Shown here: one piece after another, positions 27,096-34,540 of the stretch
How the letters are laid out: the number at the start of each line of letters is the position of its first letter
Position numbering within the stretch: position 1 is the first letter of the stretch
IMG/VR virus record: IMGVR_UViG_3300032277_000009
Span: 1 to 46,914 of that record
Direction: 5' to 3' (one strand)
From: a virus
DNA length: 46,914 nucleotides
The notes under the pieces: generated by a model
Database searches by the model: none
The model's input: only the letters and a program-made list of their open reading frames with translations
Told to the model about the DNA's origin: nothing
Translations under genes and position numbers: made by a program

Positions 27096-27418
27096 TCCTC
27101 GATCCGCCGCAGACCCCCTTCGTGGTCGGCGGCGTGCTCATCGCAATATCGGGTGGACGACGAGTTGGTGAGCCACACGGCCCGGGCGCGGCAAGGGTTC
27201 GTCGTGAAGAACCTGTAGTTGCACGTTCGGGCGTGCTCCGGCTCTTGGTCGAGACCCCACCGGAACGGCCGTTTCTTGCGCCGGTAGTATTGCTTCTGCG
27301 GTTTGATCGCCCGGGCGGCCTGCTTCCGCAGCCGCTCTTTCTCCCGGGCCTGCTCGATCCGCTGAGTCCGGTAGCGGCGTTGTGCGGCTGCCTGGCGCTC
27401 CGGGTCCTTGTATGGCAC
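27092..27418 (-). CDS. Small basic protein with an HNH-associated N-terminal repeat motif and a Cys/His cluster
   Basis: 108 aa. YKDPERQAAAQRRYRTQRIEQAREKERLRKQ resembles the repeats of the HNH protein at 36313..36852. C-terminus CNYRFFTTNPC...YCDEHAADH. Confidence 0.55.
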   Translation of the reverse strand: MPYKDPERQAAAQRRYRTQRIEQAREKERLRKQAARAIKPQKQYYRRKKRPFRWGLDQEPEHARTCNYRFFTTNPCRARAVWLTNSSSTRYCDEHAADHEGGLRRIED

Positions 27419-27431
27419 CCGAACGGCCCGC

Positions 27432-28010
27432 CTACCGCTTTCGGACCGTGAGCGCTACGACAGGAGACGTCAGCACGCCTGCGACGGCATCCTTGACCAA
27501 GAGCTGACACCAGATCCGCAGCCCGGCATGCTGCTCGGCGAAAGTCAGGTCTAACCGGACAACACCGCCGGCCTGGGTCAGCCAGTCCACGTCGCCGGGC
27601 CGGAACGTCAGCTTGGGGTTGAGCGGAACCTGCAGCATGCCGCCGCGTGCGCCGGGGATCGCGTGCGCGTCGCCGGGTGGCTCGAAGCTGACGAGCAGGG
27701 CGGTCGACACGTCCGGGAACGGTGCTGTCGGCCGCGTCGTGAACGCCAGCGTGAACGGCTCACCCACGGTCGGGATCTGCGGCGGGACCACAAGCGGCAG
27801 GCCGGCCGCCACGCTCGCCAACTGAGGCATGTGGCGCACGACAGCCCGGCCGGGAACGGGGCCAGCAGACAGCGTCACAGCGCGCGTGGCGCTGTCGGGG
27901 ACCAAACCCCCGGTGTTGCCCGTGCCGACCATCTCGTCGAACAGGGGCGGCGAGGAAGAGCACGCGGCGACGGCCAGCATCGCGGCGCAGATTCGAAGGT
28001 AGTTCTTCAT
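27432..28010 (-). CDS. Lipoprotein (moron-like; candidate superinfection-exclusion or surface-modifying factor)
   Basis: Signal peptide plus lipobox MKNYLRICAAMLAVAA|C. The ATG at 28010 is preferred over the GTG at 28034, which lies inside the terminator hairpin. About 175-aa mature beta-rich domain. Confidence 0.65.
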   Translation of the reverse strand: MKNYLRICAAMLAVAACSSSPPLFDEMVGTGNTGGLVPDSATRAVTLSAGPVPGRAVVRHMPQLASVAAGLPLVVPPQIPTVGEPFTLAFTTRPTAPFPDVSTALLVSFEPPGDAHAIPGARGGMLQVPLNPKLTFRPGDVDWLTQAGGVVRLDLTFAEQHAGLRIWCQLLVKDAVAGVLTSPVVALTVRKR

Positions 28011-28021
28011 GACGTCCGGAG

Positions 28022-28056
28022 CATAAAACAACACCCCGCCGAGGGGGCGAGGTGTT
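28022..28056 (-). terminator. Rho-independent terminator (minus strand) between ORF 28086..28337 and the lipoprotein gene
   Basis: Minus-strand aacacctcgcc-ccctc-ggcggggtgtt (11-bp stem, one mismatch) followed by gttttatg. Confidence 0.6.
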
Positions 28057-28085
28057 ATCGGCGCGAGCGAGCATGCCCGGCAAGC

Positions 28086-28337
28086 TCAAGCCTGAGAATG
28101 GTGTAGCCGGGCTCGCCCCGGCCCGGGTCTGCAGTCTATTCGGGTGAAGTAAACTCTGCCGCAGTTGGTCGTATCGAAGTTGATGTCGGTCCGACCGCGT
28201 AACTTCAAACATGCCTTGCACGTCACGAGGTCCCAGCGACCCGTAACGTCTATCCGGTCTGAATAGACGCCGCGACCGCTGCGGACGCTTACCACCCTGG
28301 GGAAGCCGATCTCAGGAGTGTGGTGGATGGCGGGCAT
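28086..28337 (-). CDS. Hypothetical Cys-containing small protein (83 aa)
   Basis: Starts 4 nt downstream of the tRNA 3' end. CKAC...C...C pattern. Lower GC than its neighbours. Coding status uncertain. Confidence 0.4.
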   Translation of the reverse strand: MPAIHHTPEIGFPRVVSVRSGRGVYSDRIDVTGRWDLVTCKACLKLRGRTDINFDTTNCGRVYFTRIDCRPGPGRARLHHSQA

Positions 28338-28340
28338 TGG

Positions 28341-28417
28341 TGGGTTGACTGACGAGACTTGAACTCGCGACCTTCAGAGTCACATTCCGACGCTCTAACC
28401 AACTGAGCTACAGCCAA
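28341..28417 (-). tRNA. tRNA-His (anticodon GUG) with encoded CCA and no encoded G-1
   Basis: Cloverleaf folded by hand. Acceptor UUGGCUG/CAGUCAA (one G-U pair), U8, D arm GCUC-AGUUGGUUA-GAGC, anticodon arm UCGGA-AU[GUG]AC-UCUGA, variable loop AGGUC, T arm GCGAG-UUCAAGU-CUCGU, discriminator C, CCA. Confidence 0.85.
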
Positions 28418-28424
28418 AGTGAAA

Positions 28425-28477
28425 CCTGGGTGCCGAAGCCGTCAACGCATTTCACCGCTCTGACTTCGGCGCCCAGG
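28425..28477 (-). promoter_or_regulatory. 14-bp inverted repeat hairpin between the HTH gene and the tRNA
   Basis: cctgggtgccgaag (28425-38) and cttcggcgcccagg (28464-77). There is one non-Watson-Crick position: G-U on a plus-strand transcript, A-C on a minus-strand transcript. On the minus strand tttcacttt follows. Confidence 0.4.
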
Positions 28478-28562
28478 GGCGGGCCTTGCACCCGCACGAA
28501 GGTCATGTTTCCGAGAACCTCTAGCTCGCTATTTGCACGGTCCGGGGCCGCACAGGGAACGT

Positions 28563-28883
28563 CTAGTCGAGCAGCTCGGCTTTGCGGCGCTTCCGCTTGC
28601 CTTGCTTCCTGCTCTTGGCGAGCGCCTCGCGAATCACTTCTTGAGGCACATCGAGGCCGCGAGACAGACGGTGAACCGTCCACATCTTCACGGCCGCTGG
28701 GTCTGGTTTGCCGGCCATCATGTCGAACAGATGCGCGCGGCTGATGTTGCACTGCATCGCGATCGTCTCGATCTTGATGTCGGGTTGGTCCGGATCGCGC
28801 CCGATCCGCTGCGCCCGTTGCACGAGGTCGCGCAGGCTCGGATCATTCGGGACGTCGGGGATCTTTGGGTCTCTTTTCTTCAT
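28563..28883 (-). CDS. HTH DNA-binding regulator (XRE-like)
   Basis: 106 aa. IETIAMQCNISRAHLFDMMAGK helix-turn-helix pattern and a basic tail KSRKQGKRKRRK. ATGA coupling to the upstream mini-ORF. Confidence 0.65.
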   Translation of the reverse strand: MKKRDPKIPDVPNDPSLRDLVQRAQRIGRDPDQPDIKIETIAMQCNISRAHLFDMMAGKPDPAAVKMWTVHRLSRGLDVPQEVIREALAKSRKQGKRKRRKAELLD

Positions 28884-28993
28884 CGAACGGTGATCCAAGC
28901 AAAGGCAAAGAAAGCGGCGACAGCCGAAGCTGCGAGCCACACCTGCCAAGGTCGTGTAGTGTCTGCTTGAGTATGGGGCTTCTTGTCTCTCAT
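28880..28993 (-). CDS. 37-aa single-TM peptide translationally coupled between the DNA polymerase and the HTH regulator
   Basis: The ATG lies 2 nt after the polA TAG, with AAGG 6 nt upstream. Hydrophobic WQVWLAASAVAAFFAFAWI. Its stop overlaps the regulator ATG (ATGA). Confidence 0.45.
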   Translation of the reverse strand: MRDKKPHTQADTTRPWQVWLAASAVAAFFAFAWITVR

Positions 28994-28995
28994 GT

Positions 28996-31077
28996 CTAGC
29001 CTTGGAAGTGTTTTGATCGGTAGCCTTCGGTTTTCACGGGGCAGCCGGCAGCCCATTTGGGTTTGTCGCCCATCCAATATTCGAACTCGTCGACGCTGCG
29101 TTCACCGGCGGGGACTTCGGCTGCGGCCGAGTCGTGCACGTGCAGGACGATCGGGAAGCCCTTGTCTTCGAGCTTCACCAACGCATCGCCTAGCAGGTCT
29201 CGCGCGACGGCCTGCGTCACGTTCTCTACGAGCTTCCCACCGTAGGTCGACTCCCACACCATCGACTTCTTGTCCTTGCCGACGGTCTTGAACTGCAGCT
29301 CCATCGACTCGAACTCATGCACGACGAGTTCACCGTCGGCGTCGACAGCGACGATCTCTTTCTTCGCCTTCTTGACGCGCGGCTGCCAGTAGCGCAGCAC
29401 GCGACCGCTCGGCAAACGAATCAGCAGTGCCGATTTCGTGCACCGGATGCGCAGATGCGGGCCAACCTTGATCGGAGTGTTGCGGTTGTTGACGGCGGCC
29501 TGGCACGCGTCTTCGAGTTCCTTCCAGAACTGGACGATCTCGGGGTTGTTCTCCCGCCACGCACGTTGCACTCGATAGGCTTCCTTGCGCGACATCTCGA
29601 CGCGATACGGCGCCTTGCGTGCGGTGTCGATGAACTTCAACACGCCCATGCCGTAGCCGAGCGCGAGCGTGCACACCTTGCCGAGTTGCCGGTCTTGTTT
29701 GGTGACCTTCTCGACAGCGATGTCCATGACCGTCGCGGCGGCCTTGATGTAGATGTCTTCGCCCGCGGCGAACACGTCGAGGATCGGCTTGCTGTCGGCG
29801 AGCCAGGCGACGACGCGCGCTTCGATCGCTGAGTAGTCGGCGGCGATCAGGTCGTGCCCGGGCGCGGCGATCAGCATCGCGCGCAGCGACTCGCTCATCG
29901 CTTCGAGCGGGCGCTCTTCGGTGAGCAACAGCGCGTCGATGTTTTGCGTGCGGATCAGCCTGCGGACATGTTCGCTGCGATCGTCTTCGCGCTTGTCCTT
30001 CGGCATGTTGTGCACTTGGATGCCGCTCGAAGCCCACCGTCCGGTGTGCGCAATGGAATAGCGAAGTGCGCCCCTCAGACGGCCGTCGCTACTGACCATC
30101 TTCGGGACGCGCTTCAGCTTCGCGAGTGACGTGCTCTTGTTGGCTTCGATGCGATTATCCAGCACCGCCCGGACAGCACCGTTGAGGTTGCCTTCGCCGA
30201 GCATCTTCTCGACAGCATCCTTCGATAACGTCTCGACCTTCTTGGTCTCTCCCGCGTTGTTCTTCTTGGCGACGACTGGCAAGTCGACGTCCATCTCTCT
30301 GAGCCACAGCTTCAACGCGTGCGGGTTGGTGCTGTTGGCGCAGAGTGAGCCGGTGATGCGGAACACATCGGACGCGAGCAGTTCCTTGCGCCGTTCCGCC
30401 ATGTTCGCCATTTGCGTGACGAACTCTTGGTCGATCGCGACGCCGCGTTGGTTGATCCGCTGGTCGATGTGCCATAGACGCAGCTCGGTGTTGATCATCG
30501 GCGGCATGCGCCACCACACGAACAGCGTCGCGATCACGTCGTTCTCGCAGTAGGTGATCAGCCGCTTGATCTGCTCGTCGGTTGGCTCGGGATACACGTA
30601 GCGTTGGAACGCGTCGCACCAACTGGCTTTCATCAGCTTGCGCATCTCGGCGTTGCCGGCCATGTCCTTGCCGGGCGAACCCTTGAAGACCTTAGCGACA
30701 CCTTCGAGTGTCACCGGCAGGTTCGCGGCGACGGCGGTGGCTTGCGTGTCGCGCCACTGCTCGATCTTGTAGGCCGGCCAGCCGAACACAGGCGCGAGGA
30801 TGTGCCGCCAGATCGCCATCTCGAAGCCGGCGTTGTGCGCGAGCATCAGCTTGCCGGCGGTGATCCACTTGCGAATCGACGCCGGCAGCTCCATGCCTGG
30901 AACCCAGGTGAACACCGTTGGCTTCTCGCCTTTCTTGCTCGCTGCGGCAAACGACACGCACCACACGCGCGTGCTCTCGTGCTGCGCGTAAGCGTCGTTC
31001 CCCTGCTTGATGTCAGCGGCGCTGCAGGTCTCGATGTCGACGCAGAGGATCTTCAAGATACACCCTTCGCCCTCCAC
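28996..31077 (-). CDS. Family A DNA polymerase with an N-terminal 3'-5' exonuclease (start is the GTG at 31077 or the TTG at 31056)
   Basis: Exo I LCVDIETCS. Motif A DLIAADYSAIEARVVAWL. Motif B RQLGKVCTLALGYGMG. Motif C VLHVHDSAAAEV. Confidence 0.92.
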   Translation of the reverse strand: MEGEGCILKILCVDIETCSAADIKQGNDAYAQHESTRVWCVSFAAASKKGEKPTVFTWVPGMELPASIRKWITAGKLMLAHNAGFEMAIWRHILAPVFGWPAYKIEQWRDTQATAVAANLPVTLEGVAKVFKGSPGKDMAGNAEMRKLMKASWCDAFQRYVYPEPTDEQIKRLITYCENDVIATLFVWWRMPPMINTELRLWHIDQRINQRGVAIDQEFVTQMANMAERRKELLASDVFRITGSLCANSTNPHALKLWLREMDVDLPVVAKKNNAGETKKVETLSKDAVEKMLGEGNLNGAVRAVLDNRIEANKSTSLAKLKRVPKMVSSDGRLRGALRYSIAHTGRWASSGIQVHNMPKDKREDDRSEHVRRLIRTQNIDALLLTEERPLEAMSESLRAMLIAAPGHDLIAADYSAIEARVVAWLADSKPILDVFAAGEDIYIKAAATVMDIAVEKVTKQDRQLGKVCTLALGYGMGVLKFIDTARKAPYRVEMSRKEAYRVQRAWRENNPEIVQFWKELEDACQAAVNNRNTPIKVGPHLRIRCTKSALLIRLPSGRVLRYWQPRVKKAKKEIVAVDADGELVVHEFESMELQFKTVGKDKKSMVWESTYGGKLVENVTQAVARDLLGDALVKLEDKGFPIVLHVHDSAAAEVPAGERSVDEFEYWMGDKPKWAAGCPVKTEGYRSKHFQG

Positions 31078-31358
31078 ACGCGTGCCGGGGTGAACGTTCC
31101 GCGAGCCTCAGCTTTCGAGGCGCGCGCAACCAGAACATCGCCCCAGGAGACTCCGTTGATCACAGCGAAGTCGTGCAGGGCTTGCAGCACGTCTGCGTAT
31201 TCATCGACGTCGCCAGGCGATCGAACCACTTCTGCGACTTCCTCGTGCATCTTGGCCGCGAGCCCTAAGTGCGTCTCGTTCACTGTGGCAGGGCTTACGT
31301 CGCCCTCGGTGGCTTGCATTTGGTTACGGCACAGACCGAATCTCTTGGTTGTGGGCAT
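31053..31358 (-). CDS. MazG-like nucleotide pyrophosphohydrolase
   Basis: 101 aa. LAAKMHEEVAEVV...DEYADVLQALHDFAVINGVSWGDVLVARASKAEARG matches the all-alpha NTP-PPase pattern (EExxE ... D). Confidence 0.65.
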   Translation of the reverse strand: MPTTKRFGLCRNQMQATEGDVSPATVNETHLGLAAKMHEEVAEVVRSPGDVDEYADVLQALHDFAVINGVSWGDVLVARASKAEARGTFTPARVWRAKGVS

Positions 31359-31382
31359 CTTCGATCGAACTCCTGTGAAAAT

Positions 31383-31484
31383 GGGGTGCTCACCCGACTA
31401 CTCGTGTCGTCTCTTGGTGCGTTGCCGCAGCCGTCGGAGAGTGTGGGGAACGGCCGCGGGTCCTGCGGTCGGGTTGAGCACCCC
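31383..31484 (-). ncRNA. Long structured RNA element (16-bp closing stem with one bulge, branched interior) just upstream of the mazG RBS. Candidate RNase III site, 5' UTR regulator or small RNA.
   Basis: ggggtgctca + cccgac (31383-98) pairs with gtcggg + t-bulge + tgagcacccc (31468-84). Inner helices ccgcag/ctgcgg and ccgt/acgg. On the minus strand attttcacAGGAG and the mazG ATG follow. Confidence 0.4.
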
Positions 31485-31620
31485 GGTGTGTCAAAAGAAG
31501 CGGGCCGACGTGGTTAGCGAACCTACAACAAGTAGGTGGCCGTGCTGACCAATGTTGATGGCAGCGTATCGGTCGGTGGGCAACGGTTAGAACCCGCACA
31601 GCCCGGCCCGCAGTGTGATC

Positions 31621-32316
31621 CTAGTCGAGCCAGTCCTCGTCTTCGTCGCTTTCTTCGCCGTCGAGCAACTCGTCGTCATCCTCGAACCCGTCATCACCGG
31701 ACTCGTCATCGAGTTCGTCGAAGACGCTCGGATCACCGGAGCCGCCGATCGAGAACGGTTCATCTTGGCGCACGAGCTGCACCTGCTTGAAGCCGAACGA
31801 GACGCCCTTGCCGAACTTGTTGTCCCACGCGTAGAGGTTGATGTGGAAGCGAACCCAGCAACCCGCAAAGATGCGGCGTTCGGCTTCGGCGATCATCGCG
31901 TCTTGCTCTTCCTGCGTCTTGCCGACGAACTTGTTCAGGTCGAGGATCGGCTTGCGCTTTTGGTCGACGACCAGCGGCGGGTAGTTCGCGCTCAGGTTGA
32001 GGAAGTGCCAACCCTCGGCGAAGCCGTCGTTGTCCTTCTCGGCGGCGTCGTGGATCGGGTAGCGACCTCGAGCGCGCAGCTTCTTGATCACCGCCTTCGC
32101 TTGCTCGCCGAAGGCACGCTTCAGCTCTTGCTGCCACGGCTTGACGAAGTGTTCCTTCACGTCGACGTCGGGCGGGATCAGGCAAACCGCTTGATACGTT
32201 TCCTTGTCGCTGTCCGGCACGCGGCCGGGGCGGAACAGGTGCGGATAGTGGAGCCGCACGGGCGGCGTGATGAACTCGCCTTGTTGCAGGCCAGTCTTCT
32301 TTTTCTGAGTGCTCAT
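31621..32316 (-). CDS. ssDNA-binding protein (DUF2815-like, T7 gp2.5 analogue)
   Basis: 231 aa. N-terminus ITPPVRLHYPHLFRP. Extremely acidic C-terminal tail DELDDESGDDGFEDDDELLDGEESDEDEDWLD. Sits next to the DUF2800-like nuclease. Confidence 0.7.
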   Translation of the reverse strand: MSTQKKKTGLQQGEFITPPVRLHYPHLFRPGRVPDSDKETYQAVCLIPPDVDVKEHFVKPWQQELKRAFGEQAKAVIKKLRARGRYPIHDAAEKDNDGFAEGWHFLNLSANYPPLVVDQKRKPILDLNKFVGKTQEEQDAMIAEAERRIFAGCWVRFHINLYAWDNKFGKGVSFGFKQVQLVRQDEPFSIGGSGDPSVFDELDDESGDDGFEDDDELLDGEESDEDEDWLD

Positions 32317-32336
32317 TTGTCTCCTTGATGTTTGAG

Positions 32337-33503
32337 CTACTTCTCTTCGGGGAACACGCTGGCGTTAGTCAACGCCGGGCGTGGGTCATCGTCCGACACC
32401 AAGGTGGCGCCGGTGATTGGTCGGTCGCAGAACTGATCGATGAACTCTTGCTTCTCTTTGCCGGTCCCATCGGTCAGTGCCTGCTTTGCTTGTGCGGGGC
32501 TGATCGTGCGCTCGGCGATCGGGTTGACGCCGACGTTCTTCAACGCAGCGCGCACCTTCTTCTCGTCCTTCCATTTCCGGTTGCCGACCGAGTTCACGAC
32601 CTTGTAGCCGGGGATCTCAAGACCTGCTTGCATCTGCGTCTTCGCGTGCTTCTCGCACGCCTTGAGCCAGTCGCGCAGCATGTCCGCGTTGTCGAGCACG
32701 GCCTTCAACCGCGTCGGTGACAGCAGGTCTGGCAACGGCGGTGTTGCTGGCTTCTCATCGAGATCACCTTCGGGGAAGACTTCTTCGGCGACGGCCAACG
32801 CTTCCGACTGGAACGCAATGCACTTGCCGAGACGGCCCGGGCAGAACGTGCAGTAGTCGCCCGGAACGAGACGCGCCTTCGGGTCGTTGGTCTTCTCGAT
32901 GCCAGGCATCAGGACCCGATCAGCCCACTGGCGGATCTCGCCGATCGTCATCACCGCGGTCCGAACGAGATCGTCCTCATTGAAGTGGCGTGGCTGCACG
33001 ATCGTCATACGCACCGTCTTGAGTGTGCTCGGCAGATCGTCGAGCGACATGAGCGCGGCGACCGCGTAGTTCATCATCTGCTCGTTCATCTTGGCGCTGA
33101 CGTAGAACCAGCCGAACTTCAAATCGATGATGTCAAGCGTCTCTTCGTCCCAGGCGACGACGTCGCTTGTGCCCCAGTTCTGCTCGGGGTCGACCACGAC
33201 CTTCTGCTCGATCAGCGCCACGTCCGCCATGAACGTGATGTCGTTCACAGCGTCAATGTAGATTTGCAGTGCGTCGGCCAACGTATGGTCCCAGACGAAG
33301 TCGCCGCACTCGCTAGTTACACCGATGAGGTCCTCCGCGCGCTTGCCTTCGTCGAGGCACCTTTGGGCGATGTCGTGCGCGAACGACCCTTCACGGGCCG
33401 GCGCGCTGTCTTCGCTTTCAAGGCCCGCGCAAACAGTGCGGGAACCGGGGCAGTTGAGCCAGCGCTTCGCGGCGCTGGGGGCAAGAACGGCATGGTCAGA
33501 CAT
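32337..33503 (-). CDS. PD-(D/E)xK (Cas4/RecB-like) nuclease, DUF2800-like
   Basis: 388 aa. N-terminus HAVLAPSAAKRWLNCPGS. Nuclease core GTSDVVAWDEETLDIIDLKFGW. C-terminal cysteines YCTFCPGRLGKC. Confidence 0.75.
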   Translation of the reverse strand: MSDHAVLAPSAAKRWLNCPGSRTVCAGLESEDSAPAREGSFAHDIAQRCLDEGKRAEDLIGVTSECGDFVWDHTLADALQIYIDAVNDITFMADVALIEQKVVVDPEQNWGTSDVVAWDEETLDIIDLKFGWFYVSAKMNEQMMNYAVAALMSLDDLPSTLKTVRMTIVQPRHFNEDDLVRTAVMTIGEIRQWADRVLMPGIEKTNDPKARLVPGDYCTFCPGRLGKCIAFQSEALAVAEEVFPEGDLDEKPATPPLPDLLSPTRLKAVLDNADMLRDWLKACEKHAKTQMQAGLEIPGYKVVNSVGNRKWKDEKKVRAALKNVGVNPIAERTISPAQAKQALTDGTGKEKQEFIDQFCDRPITGATLVSDDDPRPALTNASVFPEEK

Positions 33504-33555
33504 CGGTGAACTTCGGGGTTTGTGTTTGCGCGGGTTGGGTGCCTCTCAGCCTCGA

Positions 33556-33972
33556 CTAGTCGTCGAGACCGAGACCGTCGTCATCGTCGTCATCGTCGTC
33601 ATCAGCCAACTCGTCGAGCAGCTTGACGTCGGTCAGGATCGCAGCGAACTGCGTCGCCTTGATGTCCGAGAGCTTCATGACGTCGTGCTTGGCGAAGACT
33701 TCCTTCACCGGGGGTTCGCCGTGTTCCTTGATCGCGGCCTGGACCGCGGCACGCAACTCATCCTTGGTGACCTTGGGCTTCTTCGACGCAGCCTTCTTGC
33801 TGCCACGCTTGCCCTTCGGTTTGGCGGGCGTCTTCGGCTCCGGAACCTCGTCGTCATCTTCGTCGGACGTGGCAGTCGCGGCACCTACACCGGACAACAT
33901 CTCGACGACTTCGAGCGCTTCTTGGATCAGCTCGTCTTTCGACTCGCCGCAGATTGTGATTTGCTTCTTCAT
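33556..33972 (-). CDS. Lys-rich protein with a poly-Asp tail (138 aa), function unknown
   Basis: PKTPAKPKGKRGSKKAASKKPK basic tract and a C-terminal LADDDDDDDDDGLGLDD. Preceded by a 205-bp intergenic region. Confidence 0.6.
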   Translation of the reverse strand: MKKQITICGESKDELIQEALEVVEMLSGVGAATATSDEDDDEVPEPKTPAKPKGKRGSKKAASKKPKVTKDELRAAVQAAIKEHGEPPVKEVFAKHDVMKLSDIKATQFAAILTDVKLLDELADDDDDDDDDGLGLDD

Positions 33973-34177
33973 GGTCTTCTCTGTCTATCAGTCAGGGTTG
34001 GGTGGGGTATGCTAGCGTCTGCGCGCTGCATGTCTAGTGTGAAAAGTGCGACGGTGCTCGTGCGAAACGATCGGCTTTGAAGTCTGGAGAGGTGTAACTC
34101 GGCCCACACCGTCGCGGGCTACTGAGGGTTCGCGGAGTAGAGGACACTCACCCGGTTCGCCGAGGGGGGGTGGATAG

Positions 34178-34540
34178 CTAGTTGCGGGAAGGTGGGGTGT
34201 TCCTGGCGATGACGATCTTGTCGTCGTTGGCGCGTGCCTGCGCAGCTTCGATCTGCACGATCAAGCGCTTCGTGAACATCGGGATCGCCTCGTCGATCTT
34301 ATGGTAGCCAGTCTCATCCATCGTGACAAGCGCTTCGGCCAGCATGTCGCACGACGTCGTCGCGAGCAGGGAGAGGAACGAAGCCACGTCGGGCTTGAAC
34401 TCTTTCTCCATGCGCTTGACGAACTCTTTCGCGAGCCGATTCGCCTTGCCCATTTGAATGCGGGCTTCTTGGATCTGCTGCTTTTGGATCTCGTCGGGGA
34501 TCGGCTCAGAGTCGCCGCCAGGTTGGATGATGTCACTCAT
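34178..34540 (-). CDS. Hypothetical protein (120 aa)
   Basis: ATGA coupling with the upstream ORF. The internal ATG at 34540 is preferred over the ORF-track start at 34645. Confidence 0.55.
   Translation of the reverse strand: MSDIIQPGGDSEPIPDEIQKQQIQEARIQMGKANRLAKEFVKRMEKEFKPDVASFLSLLATTSCDMLAEALVTMDETGYHKIDEAIPMFTKRLIVQIEAAQARANDDKIVIARNTPPSRN

Noticed and set aside
28341-28417. The tRNA as an attP-type tRNA fragment signalling a temperate lifestyle
   Set aside because: The tRNA is full length with all arms. No integrase, recombinase or excisionase ORF exists in the genome. The only regulator is a single HTH protein.
31390-31599. A 69-aa ORF inside the SSB-mazG intergenic gap
   Set aside because: The translation is Arg/Pro/His/Thr-rich and junk-like, there is no RBS, and the region is better explained by RNA secondary structure.
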